Of a DNA stretch of 62,000 bases, positions 1-11,189 are shown piece after piece. Numbering within the stretch: the stretch's first letter is position 1; every line of letters begins with the position of its first letter. This DNA is from Octopus vulgaris (Eukaryota). The position numbers were made by a program, and so were the translations under genes. Where the stretch lies: assembly GCA_951406725.2 (NCBI GenBank), contig OX597823.1, positions 26,184,001-26,246,000 of the forward strand. The letters run 5' to 3'. Under the pieces are notes generated by a model that saw nothing but the letters and a program-made list of their open reading frames with translations, did not search any database and was not told the DNA's origin.

Positions 1-977
1 AATAAAACTTCTAAATTATTGATTATTTTCAAAATTAATTGAAACATATAGACAAAATAATACATTAGAAATATGGTTACAAAATAGAAACTTTTGGAAT
101 CATTCATAAGGACAGATTGACACCTGGATTACCTAATTGGAACTTCAGAGGACCTCTAATGATAAATTGTTGATAAGTAGAATCCGGCCAAACAGGTACA
201 AAGAAAAAAATACACAGGAAAAAAAAACAACATCATTTTTATAACTTCTTTGATAGGATGAAACAAGTGATGTACATACTTTTCCCTTCACTTTTATCTC
301 CTTGTTGTCATTCTTGTCAGATTGCTATGGCCCAAATCAGTATATATTTGGAGGTTGGACACTGCATCTCACGTGTTTTGTTTTGGGCTTGGTTTCTATG
401 GCTGGATACCCTGCCTAACACCGACCACATTAAAGAGTGTATTGACTGCTTGTCCTTTCCAACCACTCCTACAGGCCCCTTCTATTACTATCCATCAATT
501 GTCTCTTCAACCATTATTCATCCCAATCACTCTGTTTCTACTGTCACACTTCTTTTCTCCTCCAAAACACACCTTGGTTTTGTTGTCATCAGTGTCTCTT
601 CTATTCACTTCCTCAACCACATAGATCTAAGTGAACAAACATGTTATGAGTATTGAGGACTCTCTAATTTTGCTGGATACAAGGACACCCCACCTCTCCA
701 CTCCTAGTGTTTGCACTGCTAGGATTCTACAGAGGACACTGTATAAAGTGAGTGGTGAGCAAGTGAAGATGTAGGATTGAGAGAATCCTTTAGTCCTGTT
801 GAGGACATGGCAAACTCTCTAGGACTAGTGCCATGGACCTAGGATTTTCTGGAAATAGTTGGTAGCAGGAAGCCAAAAATGAAATGCACAAGTAAGACAT
901 ACTCTTCCAAACTGCTTGGGAGGGCAAAAAGTTTAGGAAAAACCCAGTCCAGTATTTATCTGAAGGGCCATATGTGT

Positions 978-983
978 GTATAT

Positions 984-1030
<47 letters not shown>

Positions 1031-1046
1031 CATACATATATATATA
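978..1046. repeat. Representative (TA)n microsatellite; dozens more across the window
   Basis: Direct reading. Long (CA)n at 35823-35898 and 43873-43960, (TC)n at 45031-45074, (TCTG)n at 10255-10300, and an AG-rich tract at 11220-11515. Confidence 0.95.
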
Positions 1047-1945
1047 GTTAATCCAAACATGAAAACACAAAGAGAAAACACAACGCTTTGTGCTATCAGC
1101 ATGCAAAACTAAATGCAATACCCAATAAATACACTGGACCTGGAGGGATTGCAATCCCAGAAGCACAATCAGTGCAAGACCTGGGCATTTACATGAGTAA
1201 TGATTCAACCTTTCATGTGCATGTTGCTAAATTGGCAATGAAATGTAGGCAGCTGACCAGATGGATTCTTAGAACCTTTAGGACAAGAGACCAGGAAACC
1301 ATGATGATCCTCTGGAGGACATGTGTCCTAAGCCACTTTGACTATTGCTCTCAGCTATGGTCACCAATCAGTGTCAAATTAATCTCAGAACTTGAGGCAA
1401 TCCAACGAAGCTACACGAAGAAGATAGCCTCAATGCAGCATATAAGCTATTGGGAAAGACTCAAAAGATTAAGACTCTATTCTTTAGAGCGTAGGTGAGA
1501 AAGATATGCCTAATATACATCTGGAAGATCCTGGAAGGACTTGTCCCTAACTTTGGCATTGAGAGTTACACAAATACTAGAACTGGGTGCCACTGCATAG
1601 TGCCAAGGACTCCAAATTTGCCATCAAGATGTAGGACAAGATACTGCAATAACCTGGGCTTCAGAGGTCCATGGCTCTTCAATATCCTGCTGAAGGACCT
1701 GAGAGACCTGCATGGGGTGGATGCAGATGTCTTTAAAATAAAGCTGGACCTCTTCCTGTCAGGTGTCCCAGATGAACCAACTTCATGGCAGGAGGTGCAG
1801 ATGAGAGCAGCTGCATCAAACTCTCTCATGCACCAAATGTCAATTGTTAAAAAGCATTCGTGAAGTAAAATCATGTAGCAACACCGAATGGCAGTGCCCC
1901 AGCATGGCCACAGCTCGTGAGCTGAAACTAGATAAAAAAAAATAA
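1047..1945 (+). mobile_element. 5'-truncated CR1/L2-group LINE (C-terminal RT region plus 3' UTR)
   Basis: ORFs 1088-1498 and 1495-1863 give DLGIYMSND...ILRTFRTRD...FDYCSQLWSP...LEAIQRSYTKKI...YWERLKRLRLYSLERR / IYIWKILEGLVPN, typical of CR1/L2-group ORF2 C-termini. There is a frameshift near 1497, and the element ends in a stem-loop and A-rich tail. Confidence 0.9.
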
Positions 1946-2033
1946 TAATATTTTATATATATACATGCATGAGTTGTCTAAGAGACCATAAGTCAGGGAA
2001 AAGATGCACACGTATATCTCTCAGTAGAGTGGG

Positions 2034-2416
2034 TATATTATCAGAAATGTATAGTATTAAATGTCCAACACAGCTGGTCTTACCACTTGGTTTCGCGTAA
2101 ATAATACAATGGAGTGTTAGGTAAGTACCAATTATATAACTTTATGCTTGTCAGAGTTAGCTGATATGGAAGGGAATATGGTGACTGTTCTCTATTGTTG
2201 GAGAAGGATTAGCACAACCAGTTAGCCACTGACCGGTTGTTTTAATTGACCCCTGGTAATAGAGAACAGTCACCATATTCCCTTCCATATCAGCTACCTC
2301 TGATGAGCATAAAGTTATATAATTGGTTTGTTACCCAACACTTCATTGTATTCTTTACTCAAAACCAATTGGTAGGACCAGTCATAATGGATATTTAATT
2401 CTATACATTTCTGATA

Positions 2417-2421
<5 letters not shown>
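2034..2421. mobile_element. Fold-back MITE with about 163-bp inverted arms, TA-flanked
   Basis: 2034-2196 is the reverse complement of 2258-2421 (inner part near perfect, e.g. ctgatatggaagggaatatggtgactgttctctatt). The spacer is 61 bp. Confidence 0.8.
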
Positions 2422-2465
<44 letters not shown>

Positions 2466-2514
2466 AAACTTACTTGGAAGAGGATGCATGGCATTCAATC
2501 ATATAATAATATAA

Positions 2515-2554
<40 letters not shown>

Positions 2555-2555
<1 letters not shown>

Positions 2556-2800
2556 TCGGTGGCACGTAAAAAGCACCATCCGTCCGTGGTCGTTTGCCAG
2601 CCCCGTCTGGCACCTGTGCGGGTGGCACATAAAAAGCACCCACTACACTCACGGAGTGGTTGGTGTTAGGAAGGGCATCCAGCCGTAGAAACACTGCCAG
2701 ATCAGACTGGTCCTGATGCAGCCTTCTGGCTTCCCAGACCCCAGTTGAACCGTCCAACCCATGCTAGCATGGAAAACGGACGCTAAATGATGATGATGAT
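2555..2800 (+). mobile_element. RTE LINE 3' UTR/tail, young copy
   Basis: ggcatccagccgtagaaac...ccaacccatgctagcatggaaaacggacgctaaa(tga)n. The same tail follows RTE coding sequence at 7750-8905, and CpGs are intact. Further copies at about 7230-7462, 9410-9600, 21905-22050, 25625-25765, 34135-34400, 36640-36880, 41570-41880, 45420-45620 and 53010-53220. Confidence 0.8.
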
Positions 2801-2878
2801 GATATATACATATGTAAATGTCGATACTTACATCTATACATGCATTTATATATATATGTATATATATGTATATGTATA

Positions 2879-2910
<32 letters not shown>

Positions 2911-2939
2911 GAGATATATATATATAATATATATATATG

Positions 2940-3612
2940 CATATGTGTGCACAGGAGGTCATGAAACATGTACAACAAAAAAGTACGAAGCACGAATACA
3001 TGGAACATGAACTATTCTTTCAAACAATGAAAGACATAAATAGAAAACAAAACAAGTAACATAAAGAACGACCCTTCATCATTTGTTGGCTGTCTTTCTA
3101 GTCTCGTATTTCGACCATTTAACAATAATATACGCTTTTGATAAAGCAGTTGCTCCCGCAAAGTAAATTAAATAAAATTTGGGATTGCGGAGGTAACACA
3201 AACAGGATAGTGAAAACAAATAGGAAGGGCTGCTAAGCCTAAATGAGCTTGTGGTGGCAAACGCGTAAATCAAGCTAAGACTAGAGACAAACAACAACAC
3301 GTCTTCCTTGTTCCAGCTACAACGGAAAGAAAGAAAGAAAGATGGCCAATGGTCATGTGAGCAAGGGAGGAGGAGTAAGGGAGAGAGAATGACAGAGTAA
3401 TAGGATAGAATAGTGGGAGAAGAGGAGGTAAAAGAATAAGAGAGAGAAAAGAGTAAAAAGATCGTATAGAGTGCGCATCAGAATTATTAAGATAAAACTT
3501 ACTTGGAAGAGGATGTGTGGCATTCAATCATATAATAATATTGATAAAATATATAATATATATATGCATATATACATACGTCTATGTGCATACTTACATC
3601 TATGTATATATT

Positions 3613-3645
<33 letters not shown>

Positions 3646-3789
3646 ATGTGGGCACAGGACGTCATGAAATGTGTACAACAAAAAAGTATGAAGCACGAGT
3701 ACATGGAACATAAACTATTCTTTTGAACAACAAAAGACACAAATAGAAAACAAAACAAACAACATAAAGAACGACCCTCATTAATTGTT

Positions 3790-3790
<1 letters not shown>
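2940..3790. repeat. Interspersed repeat family in partial tandem copies, possibly Penelope-like terminal sequence
   Basis: Blocks recur at 2465-2515, 2940-3540, 3650-3790 and 30135-30718 (e.g. gataaaacttacttggaagaggatg...cattcaatcat). The class assignment is tentative. Confidence 0.5.
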
Positions 3791-3853
<63 letters not shown>

Positions 3854-3946
3854 CTGGCTTCTTTCAGTTTCCGCCTATCAGTTCTACTTACAAGGCTTTG
3901 GTTGGCGAGAAGAAATTATAGAAAAAGACACTTGCCCAAGGTGCCA

Positions 3947-3988
<42 letters not shown>

Positions 3989-4067
3989 ATAAATATTAGG
4001 GAATAAATCCAAATTTACAGGGAAAAATCAGATTTAGGATTGAATCCAATTTTATAGTAAAATATAA

Positions 4068-4274
4068 TATAATATTAATTAAAGACAAAACCACTATTAT
4101 GCAAATCAAACAAAGAAAGACTTAATCCAATACATAAAAAATTTTATATAAATTAAATATAATTAAGATATCCACTTAATTATATTTAATTTATATAAAA
4201 TTTTTTATGTATTGGATTAAGTCTTTCTTTGTTTGATTTGCATAATAGTGGTTTTGTCTCTAATTAATATTATA
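4068..4274. repeat. Near-perfect palindrome, 100-bp arms, 7-nt loop
   Basis: 4068-4167 pairs with 4175-4274 with one mismatch; the loop is atatcca. Confidence 0.95.
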
Positions 4275-4304
4275 TATATATATATATATATACATACATA
4301 CATA

Positions 4305-4357
<53 letters not shown>

Positions 4358-4366
4358 ATTCCTCAC

Positions 4367-4434
4367 CATCCAGGTGACAGGCACAACAGTAAGATGCATT
4401 ACAAATCTATAGTAATTGGAAGGGCGTGACCCAA
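4367..4434 (-). other. Candidate 68-nt exon of an unidentified minus-strand transcript
   Basis: Acceptor tgtttatttcag and donor ATG|GTGAGG. One frame is open (xGSRPSNYYRFVMHLTVVPVTWM), but I do not recognise any homology. Confidence 0.25.
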
Positions 4435-5162
4435 CTGAAATAAACATTAACAACTGTGTAACGTGAGGGCTAAGGAGAAATGAAAGTGTCATCTCTGGAG
4501 TTTGCAAATGACCACTATACTGATACGTAACTGGACAGAATAAATTTACAATCTATAAATGTCTTTGAATAACCAGTCACTCATCTGGAAAGGCCTTGAA
4601 ATCAATGTTACCATCTGGGGACTATGTGTGACCCAGTGATAATAAAAAGACTGAAAGGAGGTTTGCAATCAAATAACTTTACTCAACACTTTGCAATTGA
4701 ATCAGTGGAGGCAAAGATACCTCTCATTTACTGAACAATTTATGCACCACATTGCAGAAATCACAATGTAAGTGTATCTCAAAGCAAACTGTTACACTGT
4801 TGTACCATTGAATTACAAATAATGCTCATCTTTTATGCTTGAGTAACCATACAGCTTCCAAGATCAAAACTGTATTCGTTTTTGCTTAGATAAAATGACA
4901 ACATTGTGGGTGTTGAGTCCCCATGGAGGGGTCTTTCTAACTTGTAAGATGATGAAATTTTATAAATATTATTTCATTTGTGTCTAATATCTATGGTAAA
5001 AATTTCATCAACAGCAAAAATATATGAATTGTCATTGGGGTTATGGCCCTTATGCATAGAATATAATTTCCAAATTTCATAAAGATTTATTCAGTACTTT
5101 TGACCTAGTTTTGGATCATAAAAGAAAAGGCTAAAATTTGGGTGTTAAGGCCTCCATTAGGG

Positions 5163-5219
<57 letters not shown>

Positions 5220-5261
5220 TAGATAGATAGATATAGATATACACACACATACACATTCAAG

Positions 5262-5520
5262 GATAAATTCATAGATACAACTGAGTGGGCAAACAAAAAT
5301 ATGAGACACAGTCTAGTGCTTTTTTTTATGTTGATAAGCCTGGTACTTATTCTATTAGTTTGTTGTTGTGAAACCAGTAAGTTATGGGGATGTAAATAAC
5401 TGAACACCAGTTGTGAAGCAGTGATGAGGTCGAAACATAGAGACAAAGACACACACATACACTTACATATATACATACGTATATATACGATTGGTTTGTT
5501 TCAGTTCGTGTCTACGAAAT

Positions 5521-5557
<37 letters not shown>

Positions 5558-5965
5558 CATACACGCACACACACACACACACACAAAGAGAAATTTATAG
5601 ATACAACTGAGTGGGCAAACAAAAATATGAGACACTGCCTAGTGCTTTTTTTTTATTTTGATAAACCTGGTACTTATTCTATCAGTTTCTTCTTGTGACA
5701 CCAGTAAGTTATGGGGATGTAAATAAACGAACACCAGTTGTGAAGCAGTGATGAGGCTGAAACACAAAGACACACACATAGACTTACATATATGCATACA
5801 TATATATACAACTGATTTCTTTCAGTTTCTGTCTACAAAATCCACTGACAAGGATTTGGTTGGTCTGAGGCTATAGCTGAAGACACATGCCAAGATACCA
5901 CACAGTGGAACTGAACTGAGGACCATGTGTTTTGGAACCAACTTTGTTACCACACAGCCACACCT
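5262..5965 (-). mobile_element. Two tRNA-derived SINE pieces in a local tandem duplication
   Basis: About 5262-5523 and 5588-5850 share both the SINE body and the flank atagatacaactgagtgggcaaacaaaaatatgagacac. The SINE head is retained only in the second copy. Confidence 0.75.
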
Positions 5966-6242
5966 GCACCTATGTATGTGTGTGTGTGTGTGTGTATATG
6001 TATGGATGTATATATGTATGCATGTATATATGTGTATATATATGTGTACATATTACATGTACATCTATATATATATATATACATCTACACATACATGTAT
6101 ACATATACATATACATGTATATCTATAGAAATACATCTATACATATACAGCTATACATGAACATATATATGTATATCTATATATATGTATATATATATAC
6201 GTATATCTATATATATGTATACATGTATTATATGTGTACGTA

Positions 6243-6590
6243 TCTATATATATAAAACTGAGAATGCGTGTCTATCTGTCTATCTATCTGTCTGTCTCTG
6301 TGAATCTCTAAAACTTGAGAACTACACAACCAATTTCATTCAAATTTTACACATGCCTTACTTAGGATCCATGTAGCAGAAAAATAAATTTTAACTTCTT
6401 GCCTAGGGCGAGCCCACAGCAATATCATAGCTTCTCCACTATTTCAGTATTATGTGTTAAAAGTGAAACAAAAACATCTCTCTATTGTAATGTCAGATGC
6501 TTTCACTTTAATAATGAAACTATTAAAGTCAAACTATTATACAAGAGGGATGTACCATTAACAGTGGACATCCATTTTGCTAGAAGAAGA
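6243..6590 (+). mobile_element. Helitron-like 5' fragment
   Basis: A|TCTATATATATAAAACTGAGAATGCGTGTCTATCTGTC start followed by (TCTG)n-like units. No clear 3' hairpin plus CTAG-T end. Confidence 0.5.
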
Positions 6591-6642
6591 TCTGCTATGG
6601 TCTTATATGCTACACCACTGGTTTTCAATACATATTAATCAA

Positions 6643-6864
6643 ATTAATATTCAATTTTTCACCCTTATTATTTTAAATTTAAATTTACATGTATATATAT
6701 ATATGTAGATGTATACATATACATGTATATTTATATATACATCCATATCTATACATATACATATATATATATATTCATGTTTATGTATACATCTGTATAT
6801 ATATATATATATATACATGTAAATTTAAATTTAAAATGATATGGGTGAAAAATTGAATATTAAT
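6643..6864. repeat. Inverted repeat, about 80-bp arms around a TA-rich spacer
   Basis: attaatattcaatttttcaccc...tttacatgtata is mirrored by tatacatgtaaa...gggtgaaaaattgaatattaat. Confidence 0.85.
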
Positions 6865-6959
6865 GTTGAGCCTCACAGAGGTAATGACAAGTGACCGAGA
6901 CCTCTGGCAATCTGCTGTGTGTGAGAGATAGTCAGGCCAAATGAAATCATAGTGTGGCC

Positions 6960-7290
6960 ATACTGGTGTAATGTAAATGGCACCCATGAAATTGTAATTG
7001 TGGCCATTACTGGTGCCATATAAATAGCACCTGTGAAATCAGTCAGGCTGTTGCCGTGCCTTGTAAATGGTACCTGTGAATTATAGTCATAGTCATTGAC
7101 AGTGCCATGTAAATAGCACCTGTAAATTGTAGTTCTGGTTGTTGATGGTGCCATGCATTTCCACATGTAATGGGCACTGGTGAATTGTCGTGGTTGTTGT
7201 CAGTGCCATGTAAATGGCACTCATGAATCATAGTTCTGGTCACTGCCGGTGTCATATAAATGGCACCCATGCCAGCAGCATGTAAAAGGA
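6960..7290 (+). repeat. Degenerate about 45-bp tandem array with a palindromic core, contiguous with an RTE tail
   Basis: About 7 recurrences of (g)tgccatgtaaat(a/g)gcac separated by variable segments. The array runs directly into the RTE tail ending near 7462. Confidence 0.8.
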
Positions 7291-7749
7291 CCCATTGCAC
7301 TCTTGGAGTGGCTGGCATTAGGAAGGGCATCCAGCCATAGATACCATGCCAAATCAGACTGGAACCTTGTGCAGCTTTCCAGCTTATCAGCTCCAGTCAA
7401 ACTGTATAATCCATGCCAGCATGGAGAGAGAGTGTGCATTAAATGATATTGAAATGATGATGAATATATAAATATATATATCATGATAGATCGTTAGCCA
7501 CTACACACATTTTTTTCTCTCCTTGTTTTTTCTGTGTCCCTTTCTGTAGAAGAGCATAGGCTCAAAATGTAAAAGACTTTTTCTATTCCTGAGTGTTATA
7601 CTAATACATCTGTTTGTTTTGTGCACCACCTGTCTTCGTCTTTTGCTTTTTTTGTAAACTCTCCCTATATATATATATATATATATTGTCTTTGTGTGTG
7701 GAAGATGTGCTGGTACAATGAACACTAAGAATGTACAAGGAATAGACTT

Positions 7750-8905
7750 CCTTAAATGTCCGGTGGGGGCTCTTTGAAAGTAGTAGATAGCTTCTGTTAT
7801 CTAGGTGACCAAGTTACTAGTAGAGGAGGAAGTTCTGGAAGCGTAATTGTTAGAATAAGAACAAGCTGGGAAAAGTTCAGTGAGTTATTACCTTTGTTGT
7901 TAAAAAAGGGCCTCTTACTAAGAGTGAAAGGTAGATTGTATGGTGTCTGTGTGCAAACAGCTATATTAGGTGGCAGTGAAACATGGTCTGTGACAACTAG
8001 GACATGCAAAGGTATGAAAGAAATGAAGCTAGCATGCTCTCTGAATGGGTATTGTCACTGCGCATGTGTGACAGAGTGTAAATGATTTTAGAGAAAAATT
8101 GGGTATAAGAGGTATCAGTTGCAGTGTTGTAAGAGGGAAGATTGTACTGGTTTGGTCATATGATTCATATGGTCGAGGACAGCTGCATAAAAAAGTGCTG
8201 ATCTCTAATTGTGGAGGGAACCAGTGGAAGGGATAGATCTAATAAGATGCAGGATGAAGTAGTGAGAAAGGATCTTCAGATGTTGGGCCTCATAGAGATG
8301 ACAAAGGACTGAAATATTTGGTGGTTTGCTGTGTTTGAGAAGACATGTCAAGCTTAGTAAAATTGTGTCCATCCTTACATGCAGGTATGTCTGCAGTGTC
8401 CCTCCTCTCTCAACAGAGAGGACCCTTCCCTTGAAGGCTTACAGGTGCCGGTGCCATGTAAAAAGCACTTGTGTTGGTGCCACATAAAAGCGTCCATGCT
8501 GGTGCAAAGTAAAAGCACCCGTGCTGGTGTCACATACAAGTTCCCATGGCAGTTCCACATAAAGAACTTGTGCCCATGCCCCACAACTGCATCTGTACTC
8601 GTGCCACATTAAAGTATCCATGCATCTGCTATGTATAAGTGCCTGTGCTAATGTCATGTAAAAATGCCTGTATTGATGTCACATAAAAGTGACTGTGCCA
8701 CAGCCAAGTAAACATGCCCATGCTGGTGTCATACAAAATCACTGGTGCTGGTGCCATGTGAAACGCACATAGTACATTCTGTAAAGTAGTTGACATTAAA
8801 AAGTGCATCAAACCATAGAAAACATGCCAAAATAGAGCAACTCCCCAGCTGGCCAATTCCTGTCAAACTATCCAACCCATGGCAACACAGAAAGTGGATG
8901 TCAAG
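7750..8905 (+). mobile_element. 5'-truncated RTE-clade LINE with 3' UTR
   Basis: ORF 7756-8085 gives SLKVVDSFCYLGDQV...RIRTSWEKFSELLPLL...RVKGRLYGVCVQTAILGGSETW. The 3' UTR contains a roughly 26-bp tandem array (8450-8770) and the RTE tail. Confidence 0.9.
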
Positions 8906-9376
8906 TGGCCGTGTGGTAAGAAGCTTGCCTCCTAATCACATGGTTCTGGGTTCAGTTGCACTGTGTGGCACCTTCGGTCCTCTCGACTGAGAGAGGAGGA
9001 ACACAGCAGACATACCTGCATGTATGGATGGACACAATTTTACTTAGCTTGACATGTCTTCTCTAGCACAGCAATCCACTACTATAGCCTCAAGCTGACC
9101 AAAGCCTTGTGAGTGGATTTGGTAGATGGAAACTGAAAGAAGCCTGTCATATATATATATATATATTTGTGTTTGTGTCTGTACTCGTCCCTCCACTATT
9201 GCTTGACAACTGATGTTGGTGTATTTACATCCCTGTAACTTAACAGTTCAGCAAAAGACACCGATAGAATAAGTACAGGGCTTACAAAGAATAAGTCCAG
9301 GGGTTAATTTCTTCAACTAAAAGCAGTGCTCCAGCATGGTCACAGTCAAAATGACCGAAACAAGTAAAAGAATAAA
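8905..9376 (+). mobile_element. tRNA-derived SINE with CR1-type tail, interrupted by an inverted insert at 8976-9077
   Basis: Head gtggccgtgtggtaagaagcttgcc...ggttcag, body gccttgtgagtggatttggtagatggaaactgaaagaagcc, tail gcagtgctccagcatgg...gaaacaagtaaaag. Confidence 0.85.
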
Positions 9377-9976
9377 CGAATATATATATATATACTCACA
9401 CACACATCATCATCATCATCATTTAACATCCATATCCCATACTGGCATGGGTTGAATAGTTTGACAGGATCTGATGGGCCTAAGGACTGTATTGTGTTCC
9501 AGTATCGCACATGTTTGGTGGTTGGATGCCCTTCTTAATGCCAACCACTTTACAATGTGTACTGGGTGCTTTTTCATGCCACTGGCATGACTAAGGTTGC
9601 CATGCAGCTTACAAGCCAGCAAAACTCAAGGAGTGGGTAGGGAAGTTTGTCCTATGCTAGATGGGGGTTAAGGTATGAGAGATGTTTGGGTAGAGCAGGT
9701 TCTTGTAGAGAAGCTGCATGGGTGCACACATTTAGAGGAGAGAGTGAGAATGAATCATTAGTATATTGGCAAAGAAATAAACAGGTGGTACCTCAAAGTA
9801 CAAGGTCAGTAGACGTGAGTGGGAACAGGGAAAATAAGAGTGTGAGTGGGCGGGGGTTTGCAGAGTAAATGGGATGGGGACAAGAGATAGAAAAAGTGGG
9901 TTGAGAGGGGGTAGGCAACATCTCTAAAGATTGGATAGAGTTGAAGGGTGGATGGAAGGAAACACACACTCACACA

Positions 9977-10194
9977 CAGGGGCTGCTGAGAAGCTCCTGG
10001 CTTAAAGGGTATTGTGAAAGGCTTGGTTGGAGGCCCAACCTTCCATGTTCTTTTACAGGGCTAAGAAAAACTGAAAGACTGCTGCAATAAGTTGGCGAAT
10101 CTGAGAGGGGAATATGTTCAATAAAATCACAATGAATTGATCCTCCTGTATTTTCTTTTACCCAAACGCAGGAACTTTTTGGCACCGTCTCGTA
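9977..10194. mobile_element. Mariner-type MITE
   Basis: Imperfect TIRs caggggctgctgagaagctcctgg / caggaactttttggcaccgtctcg, ending at TA. Confidence 0.6.
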
Positions 10195-10253
10195 CGTACA
10201 GACATATTATTAGTCCATAAGTCCCATCATATATATCTCTATCTATCTATCTA

Positions 10254-10310
<57 letters not shown>

Positions 10311-11189
10311 GTATTTATGTATATATACATATATGCATATATGTGTTTATATTTATGTTGTGCTCTTTCATGTCCAGTAACCTTATAGTTCAACAAATGG
10401 AGAATAATAAAATAAGTACCAGACTTGAATGACCACTGGGGTTATCAAGTTCCTTAAAACTGGTGCCCCATCATGGCCACAATTCACATAACTAGTAAAA
10501 TAATAAAAGTACATATATCTATAAAGTATGTGTAAAAATTCTCTAAAAATGCATTGATTTTGGTATTTCTTTATTCTTGCTTTTTGGCTGTTTTCCATTA
10601 AAACATATTTCTCTAACCCCAGGAGGAGATTATTTCAACATAGTTATTTCATTTGTGGGCAATCCATTCTCTCATGTGATGCTAAAATAAAATAACAAAT
10701 AAATAATAACTATATAACTAAATAATAATAATAATGAAACGAAAAATGTAACTATAATTAAATTATAAATTAATAAACATGTATATATATTATTTCTTTA
10801 TGAAATTAGTACAAAAAAATTAACATTTTGAAGTTAATTAACATTATCTAATATTAACTTTTGCTAAAAAGGCAAAGAGAAAAGATGAAAATTTTTATCC
10901 TTTTTTTGAAAATTTACTTCCTCCCTAAAGTATAATTGTCATTTTTCAGTTCCTTTAATAGACAGCAAACATTAAAATTAATTTTTTTGGAGGAATTAAT
11001 TATAATTTTATAGAAAATTATTCCTTTTTTCTCTTTTACTCTCTTGAAATAAACCAAGAAGTGAGAATTTTATTACCTTATAAAAGAAATTGTAATAATT
11101 TCTTTATCTAAAAACTGATCCCTAAATTATTTCATAAATAAATGTCGTGCTTGTTCCCTAAAAGCCTTTCCTTTCCATAGTTCCATTTA

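Noticed and set aside
790-6255. Many ORFs rich in YI/IY/CV/TH repeats here and throughout the window
   Set aside because: They are translations of (TA)n, (TG)n and (CA)n microsatellites, which lack stops in some frames.
6960-7290. CRISPR array interpretation
   Set aside because: The context is eukaryotic, the repeats are degenerate, the spacers resemble one another, there are no cas genes, and the array is contiguous with an RTE 3' UTR.
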